Positions 29,092-38,670 of a stretch of 64,000 nt of DNA are shown here, in pieces. The notes below the pieces were generated by a model. The model did no database searches, had not been told where the DNA came from, and worked only from the letters and a program-made list of their open reading frames with translations. A program made the translations under genes and the position numbers. Location of the stretch: positions 124,001 to 188,000 of IMG/VR virus record IMGVR_UViG_3300023174_000039; one strand, written 5' to 3'. Each line of letters begins with the position of its first letter. The stretch's first letter is position 1.

Positions 29092-29405
29092 GATATCTCA
29101 CAATGACTTATGTTACTCGTGCCAACGGCAAAGTGGACGAAGTAATGGCCGTGGCCCGAAATATCAAAAAGGCAGACCTCCAGACCTGCAATGTAATACT
29201 TGACTTTCGACGGCTAGAAGTAGTAAAATGCACAATGAATGGTACTATTGTTCCCCGTGATTGGGATCGAGTGGTAGGATACTATCATCAACACTACGCA
29301 AGCACTATCGAACGCTTGTTCAACGAAAACGGATACGAAATTGTCAAACCTGAAGAACCCAAACCCGCTGTTGAGTCAGCAAGTGATCCTAGTACCCCAG
29401 TTTAA
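29088..29405 (+). CDS. hypothetical phage protein
   Basis: 105 aa. Confidence 0.7.
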   Translation: MRYLTMTYVTRANGKVDEVMAVARNIKKADLQTCNVILDFRRLEVVKCTMNGTIVPRDWDRVVGYYHQHYASTIERLFNENGYEIVKPEEPKPAVESASDPSTPV

Positions 29406-29428
29406 TAGAACCTTGTATAAATACTTGC

Positions 29429-29953
29429 ATGAAGCAAGTATTACATAAACATCACATTATACCAAGGCATGCCGGCGGGACTGATGATCCTACTAATCTT
29501 GTTAATTTAACCATTGAAGAACATGCTAACGCTCATCGCCTGTTATACAAACATTATAATAGACAAGAAGATTATCTGGCTTGGAAAGGATTAGCAGGCT
29601 TGATAGGTAAGGACGAGATGCTACATGCAAAATGCTCTCTTAATTCATCCCGTCCTGGTTCGTTGAACACTTTTTATGGTATGAAACATTCTGAAGAAAC
29701 AAAAAGAAAAATATCCGAAAAGCGTCAAGGGCACTCGGACAACAAAGGTATTCCAAAATCTGAAGAGCATAAAAAGAAAATAAGTGAGCGTCGAAAAAGT
29801 GAAGCAAAGAATTATACTTTTGAACACATAGACGGATCTGTGTTTGTTGGCTCTTGTAAAGAGTTAGCAAGTATAACAAAATCGCACCCAGCCGAACCGT
29901 GGAAATTAGTAGCAGGGCAATATAAAACACACAAAGGATGGAAAGTCAAATGA
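29429..29953 (+). CDS. HNH homing endonuclease with NUMOD3 repeats
   Basis: HKHHIIPRHAGGTDDPTNLVNLTIEEHANAH; HSEETKRKIS and KSEEHKKKIS; own TATAAATA at 29416-29423. Confidence 0.88.
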   Translation: MKQVLHKHHIIPRHAGGTDDPTNLVNLTIEEHANAHRLLYKHYNRQEDYLAWKGLAGLIGKDEMLHAKCSLNSSRPGSLNTFYGMKHSEETKRKISEKRQGHSDNKGIPKSEEHKKKISERRKSEAKNYTFEHIDGSVFVGSCKELASITKSHPAEPWKLVAGQYKTHKGWKVK

Positions 29954-30546
29954 AAGACAATGTAATTTTAGCGGATTGTGACGGTGTGCTGGTTAACTGG
30001 GAGTACGCATTTAGCATCTGGATGGAAACACACGGGTTTGTAAAACAACCTGGCAGTGAGTTTGAGTATGACATTGGTCGTCGCTACAACATAGACCATG
30101 CCCAAGGTCGCAAACTGATCAAGATCTTCAACGAGTCGGCCGCAATTGGTTTCTTGCCGCCCCTGCGTGATGCCATGTTCTGGGTCAAACGACTGCACGA
30201 AGAACATGGCTATGTGTTTCACTGTATCACCAGCTTGAGCTTGGACCCGTCAGCAGGCAAACTGCGCGAAATGAACCTGAACAAATTGTTTGGTCCTACA
30301 GCATTTGAACGAGTTGTTTGTTTGGATACTGGTGCAGACAAACATGATGCACTTGCTGAATATCGTGACTCAGGTTGCTGGTGGGTAGAAGACAAGCCGG
30401 AAAATGCCGAGGTAGGATTGAAACTTGGGCTCAAAGCTGTGCTGGTAGAACACGGACACAACATGTCATGTGAAAACACAAAAATTCCAGTGGCCAAAAA
30501 CTGGAAAGAAATATATCACCTTATAACCGGTACTGAGTTCAACTGA
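29950..30546 (+). CDS. HAD-family phosphatase / 5'-nucleotidase (T4 30.2-like)
   Basis: DCDGVL and WVEDK motifs. Confidence 0.8.
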   Translation: MKDNVILADCDGVLVNWEYAFSIWMETHGFVKQPGSEFEYDIGRRYNIDHAQGRKLIKIFNESAAIGFLPPLRDAMFWVKRLHEEHGYVFHCITSLSLDPSAGKLREMNLNKLFGPTAFERVVCLDTGADKHDALAEYRDSGCWWVEDKPENAEVGLKLGLKAVLVEHGHNMSCENTKIPVAKNWKEIYHLITGTEFN

Positions 30547-31384
30547 ACTTGTGTGGGAACATTGCAGTGATTATGTTTTTGCATTCTTGCTCTATGTCTG
30601 TCTTGCGCCAAGTTTTACCCAGTGCAATAATTTCAGTTGGTGCAGATGCCATTGCCAATCCCCGGGCCCAGAGTTCATGATCTCGGGGGCTGATTTCTAG
30701 ATTCAAGCAATCTGCTATAACGTGACTGCCTTGTGGGGATACTATATCTTTGTAGCGCACATTCACAATGTTCAATGAATCATCCAGGCGTGGGGGAGGT
30801 GTGTTTATAGTTGTTGACAGCACTGTGATCTGGTGCTGTATCATTTTTTCTATTAGATGTACTTTATCATGGTCCGTGGCAATTTGTTCTAGGTCTTGAT
30901 CAGATCTAAACCAGCGCAGTAGGTCAATATCAAAAACTCCTGACAAAAAAGTCTTTGATGTAAATTCCCAAACTATAGTAATCAAATCGTCAAAATCTAT
31001 TGTCACATTGATCACTGTGGTGTACGGAATTAACTCAACAGGTATTGGCAAGTATTCTGCTGACTTGTGAGTTTTTTGAACAATAACCGGAGCTGACTCA
31101 TGATGTACACTTGACAGCCAATTTATGAATTCAACGTCTTGAGTGTCATCAAACAATGCCTGTTCAAAAATATTCCCGCCTTGATGCATGCATGTTCGGC
31201 CGCCACGAACCGAAATAACCCACGGGGTTCGGATAGGGTGACTTATTGACGCTTCTGTCAACCAACAAGCAATAAAATCTGATCTTGCTCCACCATCTGC
31301 TCGCACAATATAACAATGCCCCCAACGAAAATTGGCTGGAGGCATTGTGTAGTCTTTTAATAATTTATCAATGTTTTTGGACAT
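30539..31384 (-). CDS. hypothetical protein, possibly sulfotransferase/P-loop-like
   Basis: 281 aa; GGARSDFIA, KTH and VRYKDI; TAAATA 4 nt upstream. Confidence 0.55.
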   Translation of the reverse strand: MSKNIDKLLKDYTMPPANFRWGHCYIVRADGGARSDFIACWLTEASISHPIRTPWVISVRGGRTCMHQGGNIFEQALFDDTQDVEFINWLSSVHHESAPVIVQKTHKSAEYLPIPVELIPYTTVINVTIDFDDLITIVWEFTSKTFLSGVFDIDLLRWFRSDQDLEQIATDHDKVHLIEKMIQHQITVLSTTINTPPPRLDDSLNIVNVRYKDIVSPQGSHVIADCLNLEISPRDHELWARGLAMASAPTEIIALGKTWRKTDIEQECKNIITAMFPHKFS

Positions 31385-31396
31385 TGACTATTTACT

Positions 31397-32134
31397 TTAG
31401 GAATATAGCTTGAGGATAGATTCAATAATCTGATGACGTTGTACGTCACGATTTTGAAGCTCGCACATTGCGATACCGTTTACACCCCCTTTCTTCAACC
31501 TTTCGCAGAGGTCCAGCAGACCGTTATCTCCATTATTACGGTCTGCTTGCTCAACGTCTCCGGTTATTACTATCTTGCTATTCGTTCCTATGCGGGTCAT
31601 TAACATCTTGGCCTGGGCCGGAGTTGCGTTTTGCATTTCATCGGCTATAATCCAACTGTTTTTAAAGGTGCGGCCGCGCATGAATGCCAGAGGCGCAATC
31701 TCCACTACCTGATCTTCTATCATGGTTACGATGTCCTGAGGGCGATAATATTCTCGCATGACATCCAACAAGGGACGAGTCCATGGCTCCATTTTGGCCA
31801 CTAAATTACCTGGTAAAAATCCGTGTTGTTCTCCTTCAACGCCCACGGCTGGGCGGGTCATTACTATCCTATCGCATCGTCCCTCTTTCAGAGACTTAAT
31901 AGCGGCCAGCATGGCAAGGTAAGTCTTACCAGTACCTGCAGGTCCTACTGTGACTACAATGTGTTGACTTTCATCTTGTAGAGCCATGACCAGTCTTTCC
32001 TGATTTCGTGTTCGAGGGATCAGGTCTATGCGGCGTGCAGCCACTCTAGGTGCTTGTTGGGTAAAGCTGATGGTATTTTCTACAGATTGAATCATACGTT
32101 TGTTTTGTGCTTTCGCAGCGCGATTTCTACTCAA
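31397..32134 (-). CDS. phoH: PhoH-family ATPase
   Basis: GPAGTGKT, GFLPG, AFMRGRTF, DEMQN and TGDVEQ motifs; TTG start after AGGAGA. Confidence 0.95.
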   Translation of the reverse strand: MSRNRAAKAQNKRMIQSVENTISFTQQAPRVAARRIDLIPRTRNQERLVMALQDESQHIVVTVGPAGTGKTYLAMLAAIKSLKEGRCDRIVMTRPAVGVEGEQHGFLPGNLVAKMEPWTRPLLDVMREYYRPQDIVTMIEDQVVEIAPLAFMRGRTFKNSWIIADEMQNATPAQAKMLMTRIGTNSKIVITGDVEQADRNNGDNGLLDLCERLKKGGVNGIAMCELQNRDVQRHQIIESILKLYS

Positions 32135-32295
32135 GTGCAATTCTCCTATGGGTTAGTCCTCTCGGACTTTTTATTTACGGATGCAAAAATATCTAGATAT
32201 GTGGACAGATAATGCCAAAAATTCAGGCTAAGTACTGACCAGGCGAGAGAAAATCCAAGCAACAGGATTTAGAAACACAAAATAAATATACGACT

Positions 32296-33804
32296 ATGCC
32301 TATATTTGACCCACCAATCTCCCCAAATTCAAACTCTGTAGTACCACAGAGTGCTATAGATCGAGTGCCAGCGCCAGTAGACGTTGGCACACCTGCAGTG
32401 AACGTGATACCACGCAGTGCTGTGGATCGCAAACCGGCACCGGTAGACGTTGGGATACTACCAGTTCCTGTAGTACCAGTTAGTGCCGTGGATCGCAAAC
32501 CAGACCCGGTGGATCCCAGTGTTGCACTAGGTACACCCAGTGGCCCAGCTGCCCCGATATCAGTTGCCGCACCTATAAAAGAAACCCCGGTGATACCTGC
32601 TCCTGCGTTTACACCCACAACCGTTGCTCCTGCCACTGTGGTAAAATATCTGAGCATTTCTGATGAAGGTGTTGGAATCAATACCAATGTAACTGCAATG
32701 AATTTCACCGGAGACGGAGTTGTTGTTACCAATAACTCCAACGGAGCAAATGCAGTAAATGTCACCATCAACGGCGGCGGAGCCTCATACGGCAATTCAA
32801 ATGTGGTCACATTATTGGCTGGATTTGGATCTAATGTACTCAGCACCACAGGCAATGTCACTGGTGGTAATTTAATAACCAGCGCACAAGTTGTGGCCAG
32901 CGGTGTGATACAGTCTGGCACAGGACTCAGCACTGGTGGCTATCTAAGTGTGAATGGCACAGCCGACCTACACAATACCACAGTAACTGGTAATTTATCA
33001 GCCACTGGCAATGTCACTGGCAATTATGTTTTGGGCAACGGAAGTCAGTTAACAGGATTGCCTGCCACTTATTCAAATGCCAATGTGCAGTCCTACTTGC
33101 CCACGTATTCAGGCAACGTTGGTGCACTAACAGTGACAGGCAATTTGACTGTCACTGGAACAACTACAACTGTGAATACAGAGATTGTAAATGTCAGTGA
33201 AAGTGTTGTGGGCAATGTGGATGCCGGTAATTTACGCACAGTTGGTCAAGTAACTGCTACTGGCAACATCACAGCAGGCAACATCAGTACTGTTGGTAAA
33301 GTTATTGCTGGTAATTTAGATGCTATCAATCTAGTGGTCAACAATATCTCCAGTGACGATTCAACCCTTGTGTCAGTGCAAGATGGACTACAGGTATATG
33401 GCGACATTATTGCTGACAATATAATTGTAGCTAATTCAATGAGTTTTTCCAATGGCAGTACATTATCGTCGGCAGCTTGGGAATTAGTAGATAGCATTTC
33501 TGCTAACTTTGTTGGTTGCGCTACTCCCACGGTAACCGGAACTTATTCAATGCAGTATTACATTGACAATTACAACGAACTATGGATTTCTTTTCAGTCT
33601 GGACAAAACTACCCAGGATGGATTGGCTCAACACATATTCCTACAGTTGCATTATTTGCTAATTCTGTTTATACAAGTACTTGTACCACTAGCGGAAGTC
33701 CTAATGTGCCATCAATTCAATGGTTTGATATTAGCAATACACGAGTTCGTATTAGTATGGCAACTACTCAGTATACTGGCAATATCAACATTTATGCAAG
33801 ATAA
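32296..33804 (+). CDS. fibre-like structural protein with Pro/Val-rich N-terminal repeats
   Basis: Three SA(I/V)DR.P.PVD repeats; GNVTGGN repeats. Confidence 0.7.
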   Translation: MPIFDPPISPNSNSVVPQSAIDRVPAPVDVGTPAVNVIPRSAVDRKPAPVDVGILPVPVVPVSAVDRKPDPVDPSVALGTPSGPAAPISVAAPIKETPVIPAPAFTPTTVAPATVVKYLSISDEGVGINTNVTAMNFTGDGVVVTNNSNGANAVNVTINGGGASYGNSNVVTLLAGFGSNVLSTTGNVTGGNLITSAQVVASGVIQSGTGLSTGGYLSVNGTADLHNTTVTGNLSATGNVTGNYVLGNGSQLTGLPATYSNANVQSYLPTYSGNVGALTVTGNLTVTGTTTTVNTEIVNVSESVVGNVDAGNLRTVGQVTATGNITAGNISTVGKVIAGNLDAINLVVNNISSDDSTLVSVQDGLQVYGDIIADNIIVANSMSFSNGSTLSSAAWELVDSISANFVGCATPTVTGTYSMQYYIDNYNELWISFQSGQNYPGWIGSTHIPTVALFANSVYTSTCTTSGSPNVPSIQWFDISNTRVRISMATTQYTGNINIYAR

Positions 33805-33834
33805 ATGCTCTTGGTGAACGGGGCTAAATATAGC

Positions 33835-34434
33835 ATGGATAAAGAACTCTTTAAAGATCATTCAGACTACTGGCAAGTGGCCGACAACATACGCGATATC
33901 TACATGAGCGATGGTAGTATCACCACGCTGTTGGACTTTGAACGTGTGCTAGACGAAGTAGATATCTACGCATTTCGAAATTGGGAAATTGGCGAACTAG
34001 TGGCCGGACCCGAAATCACCAAATATCGTGTGGGCTGTACATTTATGTGGCCGGAAAATCTCATGCCTGATCCCCGTGGCGGCAAAAGATTGCTGCCATT
34101 TGATTGTGAAGTCAGCTACCGCAGAGTGGAAATGAAAATCCCGATCAAGATTACAGATCCTTCAGATTATATCCCCGGCACACACAAGGCCAAGATTGTT
34201 AAAAAGCCTGTGTGGTTGGTGGAAATTGTGATGCCAAAAAGCCTAATGAGTGACATCAAAACAGGCTCAATTGAAATGGAAGATCAGGATATTGATCTGG
34301 AAGAATTGGATGACGCATACGAAAAAGATCTTGACAAGCAAGAGAATCAAAGTGATGCCAAAGCCGAAGACGCACAACAAGACTTGGCTGCTGTGCCCGG
34401 ACAGCCACAAGCACCAGCCCCAGGAGTAGTATAA
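33835..34434 (+). CDS. conserved hypothetical late protein
   Basis: LLDFERVLDE...MPDPRGG; TAAATA at 33825. Confidence 0.75.
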   Translation: MDKELFKDHSDYWQVADNIRDIYMSDGSITTLLDFERVLDEVDIYAFRNWEIGELVAGPEITKYRVGCTFMWPENLMPDPRGGKRLLPFDCEVSYRRVEMKIPIKITDPSDYIPGTHKAKIVKKPVWLVEIVMPKSLMSDIKTGSIEMEDQDIDLEELDDAYEKDLDKQENQSDAKAEDAQQDLAAVPGQPQAPAPGVV

Positions 34435-34973
34435 TGTTTAGACACTTGTTAGAAGGCCTACAGTACAAAGACCTAGAAGGCATCATGAAATCAACTGTGC
34501 ATATTGATGAATTTGCATCAAAAATGGGCGACGATGACGACATTGTGGTAGTGAGCTTTTTTGTAAGAGACCTACAGGCCGCAAAAGATCTAGTGGGTTG
34601 GTTTGAAAAGGGCTATGATTTTGTGCTGGATGCTGATCGCTCACCCGGTGAAATCAAGCCCAGTCGCTATCTAGTGTATGTGGAACTGCGTCGCCGTCCC
34701 GCAGTGGCCAAACAAGTGGGCACATTGATTGATGACCTGGGCACGCTCACAGAATTTGATGCCAAAGACTGGACCATGCGTTACGATGGCCGGACACAGC
34801 CTTGGTCAGTGGATGCAATGAAGGCAACTGTGCCACTTACTCCTGCTGACTATCGGTCAGCACATGGTGATGATCTAAATGATGTACGCACAGCCGCTGG
34901 TATTGAACCCAAGAAAGTTCACAAGCCCACACCAGAGACCTTGGCCATGCAGTCGGCTGCTGGGATAAGATAA
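34434..34973 (+). CDS. hypothetical late protein (putative head-associated)
   Basis: MFRHLLEG start; C-terminal AAGI motifs. Confidence 0.7.
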   Translation: MFRHLLEGLQYKDLEGIMKSTVHIDEFASKMGDDDDIVVVSFFVRDLQAAKDLVGWFEKGYDFVLDADRSPGEIKPSRYLVYVELRRRPAVAKQVGTLIDDLGTLTEFDAKDWTMRYDGRTQPWSVDAMKATVPLTPADYRSAHGDDLNDVRTAAGIEPKKVHKPTPETLAMQSAAGIR

Positions 34974-36166
34974 TGAAGATCACAGACGTTATTAAAGAAG
35001 ATGTTGCTCTTGAAGGTGAAGTTGTTCCACTGGGTAAAAAACATCGTGGTGATCTAGACAGCGTAAATTCATGCTCCAAGTGCGGTGGCAAGTTAGAAGG
35101 CGGAACATACATGGGGCAAAGAATCAAAGTATGCCAACCATGTAAGCAAGTTTATCTACCACCTAACAGCGGTATTGATCAACAGGGTAATAAAATTAAA
35201 GAACAAGGTGTGGCGGAAGGCTCATTGCGTGAACAGGCCAGTAAATTATTGTCTGCTGAAGATAAAGATGGCGTGATCACTATCATAGTACAAGCACCCG
35301 ATGGTACCAAGAGATCAGTAGCCGATACCAATCCAAACTATATCAATAGATGGTTAATGAAATATGGACTACGACTTCCTGCCAGTATTACCAGCAAGTT
35401 TGTGGGTGTGACAGAAGAATTCAGACCCACCACAGGGCAAGCCATGGGCATACGCAGTCAGACTGCACAAAAGATGAATCCTGGCAGCAGTAAATTCATT
35501 TGGAAACGACCAAATCAAATCATGGGCAGTCACACTGAAAATGAACTTCGTGCATTGAAATTTAGGTACTCAGCCAAACACAACGTCTGGGGCGGCACAC
35601 AACAGATGTGGAGTCAACTGGAGGGCACACTAAAAGAATTTGCTCCCAGTGCTCCTGGTGGTGCTGATCGCGGAGGTGGCAACTACTTTAAATCTTTGGC
35701 CCAGGCCTGGTATTATAATGGCGTACACGACTTTGATCTACAAGGTGGTGTCAAGACTCAACAAGACGTGGAACGCTTGCTACAACGTGGTATTGTATGT
35801 CCTGATGGTGTCACACGCAAGTTTGGAATAGATTACAATTCAGGTTTTAACGGTGTCGTGATATCCAGCGATGATTACTATGAACATTCTGATCATGGCA
35901 AACGACCTGGTACAATGATAGATGTTCGCACCGGGCGGCCCTGGGGACCATATGATTATATGGAATTCTCTGAAGATGATTTGGACGAAGATGTAGAAGA
36001 AGGCATCCGTGTGCCAGCACAGCAGATCTTGGGCACAAAAAACCGTGCGCAGTCAGCTTACTATCCCACCAATGTCAAGCCCAAGGTGCCTAAACTAGAC
36101 ACTCCCCTGACAGACAAGGAACTGGCAAGACTCTCACAGTTGGCCGGTGTCAACACAAATAAATAA
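34973..36166 (+). CDS. modular putative internal-head polyprotein (Zn ribbon plus several modules)
   Basis: MKITDVIKE start; CSKC...CQPC; linkers QGVAEG, GVTEE and LKEFAP. Confidence 0.65.
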   Translation: MKITDVIKEDVALEGEVVPLGKKHRGDLDSVNSCSKCGGKLEGGTYMGQRIKVCQPCKQVYLPPNSGIDQQGNKIKEQGVAEGSLREQASKLLSAEDKDGVITIIVQAPDGTKRSVADTNPNYINRWLMKYGLRLPASITSKFVGVTEEFRPTTGQAMGIRSQTAQKMNPGSSKFIWKRPNQIMGSHTENELRALKFRYSAKHNVWGGTQQMWSQLEGTLKEFAPSAPGGADRGGGNYFKSLAQAWYYNGVHDFDLQGGVKTQQDVERLLQRGIVCPDGVTRKFGIDYNSGFNGVVISSDDYYEHSDHGKRPGTMIDVRTGRPWGPYDYMEFSEDDLDEDVEEGIRVPAQQILGTKNRAQSAYYPTNVKPKVPKLDTPLTDKELARLSQLAGVNTNK

Positions 36167-36172
36167 CATATC

Positions 36173-37465
36173 ATGAAAATAAACGACGTTGTTACATTAA
36201 TGGAATTTGGTGCTCCCGGCAGTCGCGCACTGGGCACTGGAAACTTTGCTCTGCTACACCGAGCCTATGTGAACAAACGTCCTAGACTCAGTAGATACTT
36301 GCAGTTGGATTTTGGCAACAATCAAATTATCGAACTTGACGATGATGACATTGAAGCAGTGGCCAACTACTATGATACATTGCCCACAGATCAAGATCGA
36401 TACACCTTTGTGTACGATGTCATGAGTCGTGGGGACAAATTTGATGCATTGTTGAAAAAACTGGGTCGCAGATCTGGTGCTCCTGAGCAACCCAGCTTGC
36501 TGGAGCAAAGCGACGACCCTGATCTAAGTCGCAGTGGTGTGCGTAGTGCGGCATTGAGCACAGCTTTGCGCCAGGCCTACGCCAAGTATCCACAAGCACA
36601 GAGTGATATCGAAGCCTTGATCATGCACGACATGGATGTTCAAAAAGACACCAAACAAGAGCTACAGGCACAAGATAAAATAAATCAACGTCAGGACGAT
36701 ATTGATGTGCAACTGCGCAATGTTGCCGGTAAACAAAGCAAAAAGATTTCCAGCTTAGATCAAGAAAATGATGACTTGACAGCAGAACTAGATCGGCTCA
36801 GCAGAGAACTGGATGCCATGCATGCTCAAACAGGTTCTGAACCTGAGCGCAAGAAACGCAGTGACAGCAAGGGCCAGCCTCCAGTGTACAACGTCAATAT
36901 CAAGTCAGCTGATCGTGCTGAAAAATCACAACAACGAGCAGCCGATGCTGAAAAACGCAAACCAGAACCAGCAAAACTCCGTCCAGGTGCCAGCACATTC
37001 AAACCTGTGGGATCTACTTTGCCCGTGACTCCTGCGGTCAAGCCACCTGCACCCACTATCAACGTGATTGATCGTCCAGATCCCAGTGCTGCCATGAGTC
37101 AAGTGGCATTTCAGGCTCCTGCCCCGCAACCAGACATTGCATTGCCTACCAAGCTGGGAGCAGATCTTGATGAGCCTGAAACGGACGCAACTCAACCAGA
37201 TCTGTTTGCAGAACCCAAAGATAACATAACGGTAGATCAGCCCGTGCCGCAAAGCATGTCCTCAATAGATGCTGAACCTGAACCTGAATTGCCGCCCAAC
37301 GTTACTAACCTGGCCACTCGCCGCAACAGAGTTGCAGAACCAGGCAGTGATCAGTATCGTAGAGACACTGTGGACCGAGCAAGAGATCTCATGCAAAAAC
37401 AAATGGCCATGCACGAAGCACAAGACTTGCGCCGCATGCAAAAACTAGCAGGATTACTGCAATGA
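36173..37465 (+). CDS. putative internal-head/core protein, coiled-coil plus Pro-rich
   Basis: MKINDVVTLME start; ends LRRMQKLAGL. Confidence 0.65.
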   Translation: MKINDVVTLMEFGAPGSRALGTGNFALLHRAYVNKRPRLSRYLQLDFGNNQIIELDDDDIEAVANYYDTLPTDQDRYTFVYDVMSRGDKFDALLKKLGRRSGAPEQPSLLEQSDDPDLSRSGVRSAALSTALRQAYAKYPQAQSDIEALIMHDMDVQKDTKQELQAQDKINQRQDDIDVQLRNVAGKQSKKISSLDQENDDLTAELDRLSRELDAMHAQTGSEPERKKRSDSKGQPPVYNVNIKSADRAEKSQQRAADAEKRKPEPAKLRPGASTFKPVGSTLPVTPAVKPPAPTINVIDRPDPSAAMSQVAFQAPAPQPDIALPTKLGADLDEPETDATQPDLFAEPKDNITVDQPVPQSMSSIDAEPEPELPPNVTNLATRRNRVAEPGSDQYRRDTVDRARDLMQKQMAMHEAQDLRRMQKLAGLLQ

Positions 37466-38670
37466 AAATAAATCAGATTATACACGAAGCAGGTACTGGA
37501 TTAGAAATTGATCGTAGCATTCCTGGCCGCACTATTGCCAGGATCAGTGGAGATCTAGCACACAGAACAGGGTCTCTGACAGATAAAAGATTACCTGATC
37601 ACCATCCTGATGATGATTATGTTCCTTGGTCTGGCAAGGTAGGTGCATCAACCCGTGATGACGAAGAAGACACGTTTGATATAGATTACACCGGCGACGA
37701 TGGTGAATTAAACGAATTTGTTACGCCACAAGCAGTGGCACAAGATCCTGGACTAGAACGTGAAAAGGATGTGGATGTTATTTTCTTTGGCTTTATGCCC
37801 CAAGACTTCACTGCCCGAACTGCATGGAAGGCACTAGAAGATGTGTTGCCTAGAGAATATCCTGCTGGTAGTGAACGAGCACAAAATAAAATAGCAGAAG
37901 TTAGCAAGAATAATGGTGCCGTAGTCACAACCAAGCCCCTGAGCATAGCACAGAAACTGGTTAAAGAATTCCAAGCACGTGGCATCAAGTGTAGAATTGA
38001 TGATTCAGGTCTGGAAGAAGACATAACCCGCAGAGGATTCTTGAAGGGTGCAGGAGCAGCCGCTATGGCAGCAGCCGGCGGATCAGCACTAGGCCAGTCC
38101 ATACAAATGCCCACAGTAGACCAAGTTGACAGACAAAAAATGACAATTGTGGTAGATGGTCAAGAGTATCCCTTAGTCATATTATCTCCTACAGACTTTA
38201 GACCACGTGGCGGACAACAATTGCATATAACCTGTGCGCAGATGGGCGAACGCTGTATGGGTAGATATGATGCTGTGTTAGCACAAAACCGAGTGTTTGT
38301 GTTGCCAGGAACAAAGCCACCGGTTATTCCAGCCGGAGTTGACGAAAGTCGCCGAGGCAGCATGCCTGAGCCTGAAAACTTTGACAGTGACTGGGACTAT
38401 GAAGACGCTATGACACGTTGGAGAAACAGCGACTCTGACCAAGACATTGACTACGAGAATATAATAGACGATGAACCTGATGACTGGTTTGACGAATCTC
38501 GAGAGAAAGTAGGCAATATGGATGCTGATGCATTTGATGCTGCCTTGTCACGTATGAAAAAGCTAGCCGGTGCAGGTCCGCTAAAGACCGTGTATGATCC
38601 CAACAAACGTGTGTACCGAAATGTACCGCATGCTGTGCAACCCGCACAACAACCCAAGAAGGCAAGATAA
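37462..38670 (+). CDS. modular putative internal-head polyprotein with an internal Tat signal
   Basis: MKINQIIHE start; internal LEE-DITRRGFLKGAGAAAMAAAG. Confidence 0.65.
   Translation: MKINQIIHEAGTGLEIDRSIPGRTIARISGDLAHRTGSLTDKRLPDHHPDDDYVPWSGKVGASTRDDEEDTFDIDYTGDDGELNEFVTPQAVAQDPGLEREKDVDVIFFGFMPQDFTARTAWKALEDVLPREYPAGSERAQNKIAEVSKNNGAVVTTKPLSIAQKLVKEFQARGIKCRIDDSGLEEDITRRGFLKGAGAAAMAAAGGSALGQSIQMPTVDQVDRQKMTIVVDGQEYPLVILSPTDFRPRGGQQLHITCAQMGERCMGRYDAVLAQNRVFVLPGTKPPVIPAGVDESRRGSMPEPENFDSDWDYEDAMTRWRNSDSDQDIDYENIIDDEPDDWFDESREKVGNMDADAFDAALSRMKKLAGAGPLKTVYDPNKRVYRNVPHAVQPAQQPKKAR

Noticed and set aside
29429-29953. HNH gene as part of a group I intron
   Set aside because: The flanking genes are complete and there is no room for intron core structure; it appears free-standing.
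38341-38365. DESRRGSM as a third Tat motif
   Set aside because: It lacks the FL residues and a hydrophobic region, and is followed by acidic sequence.
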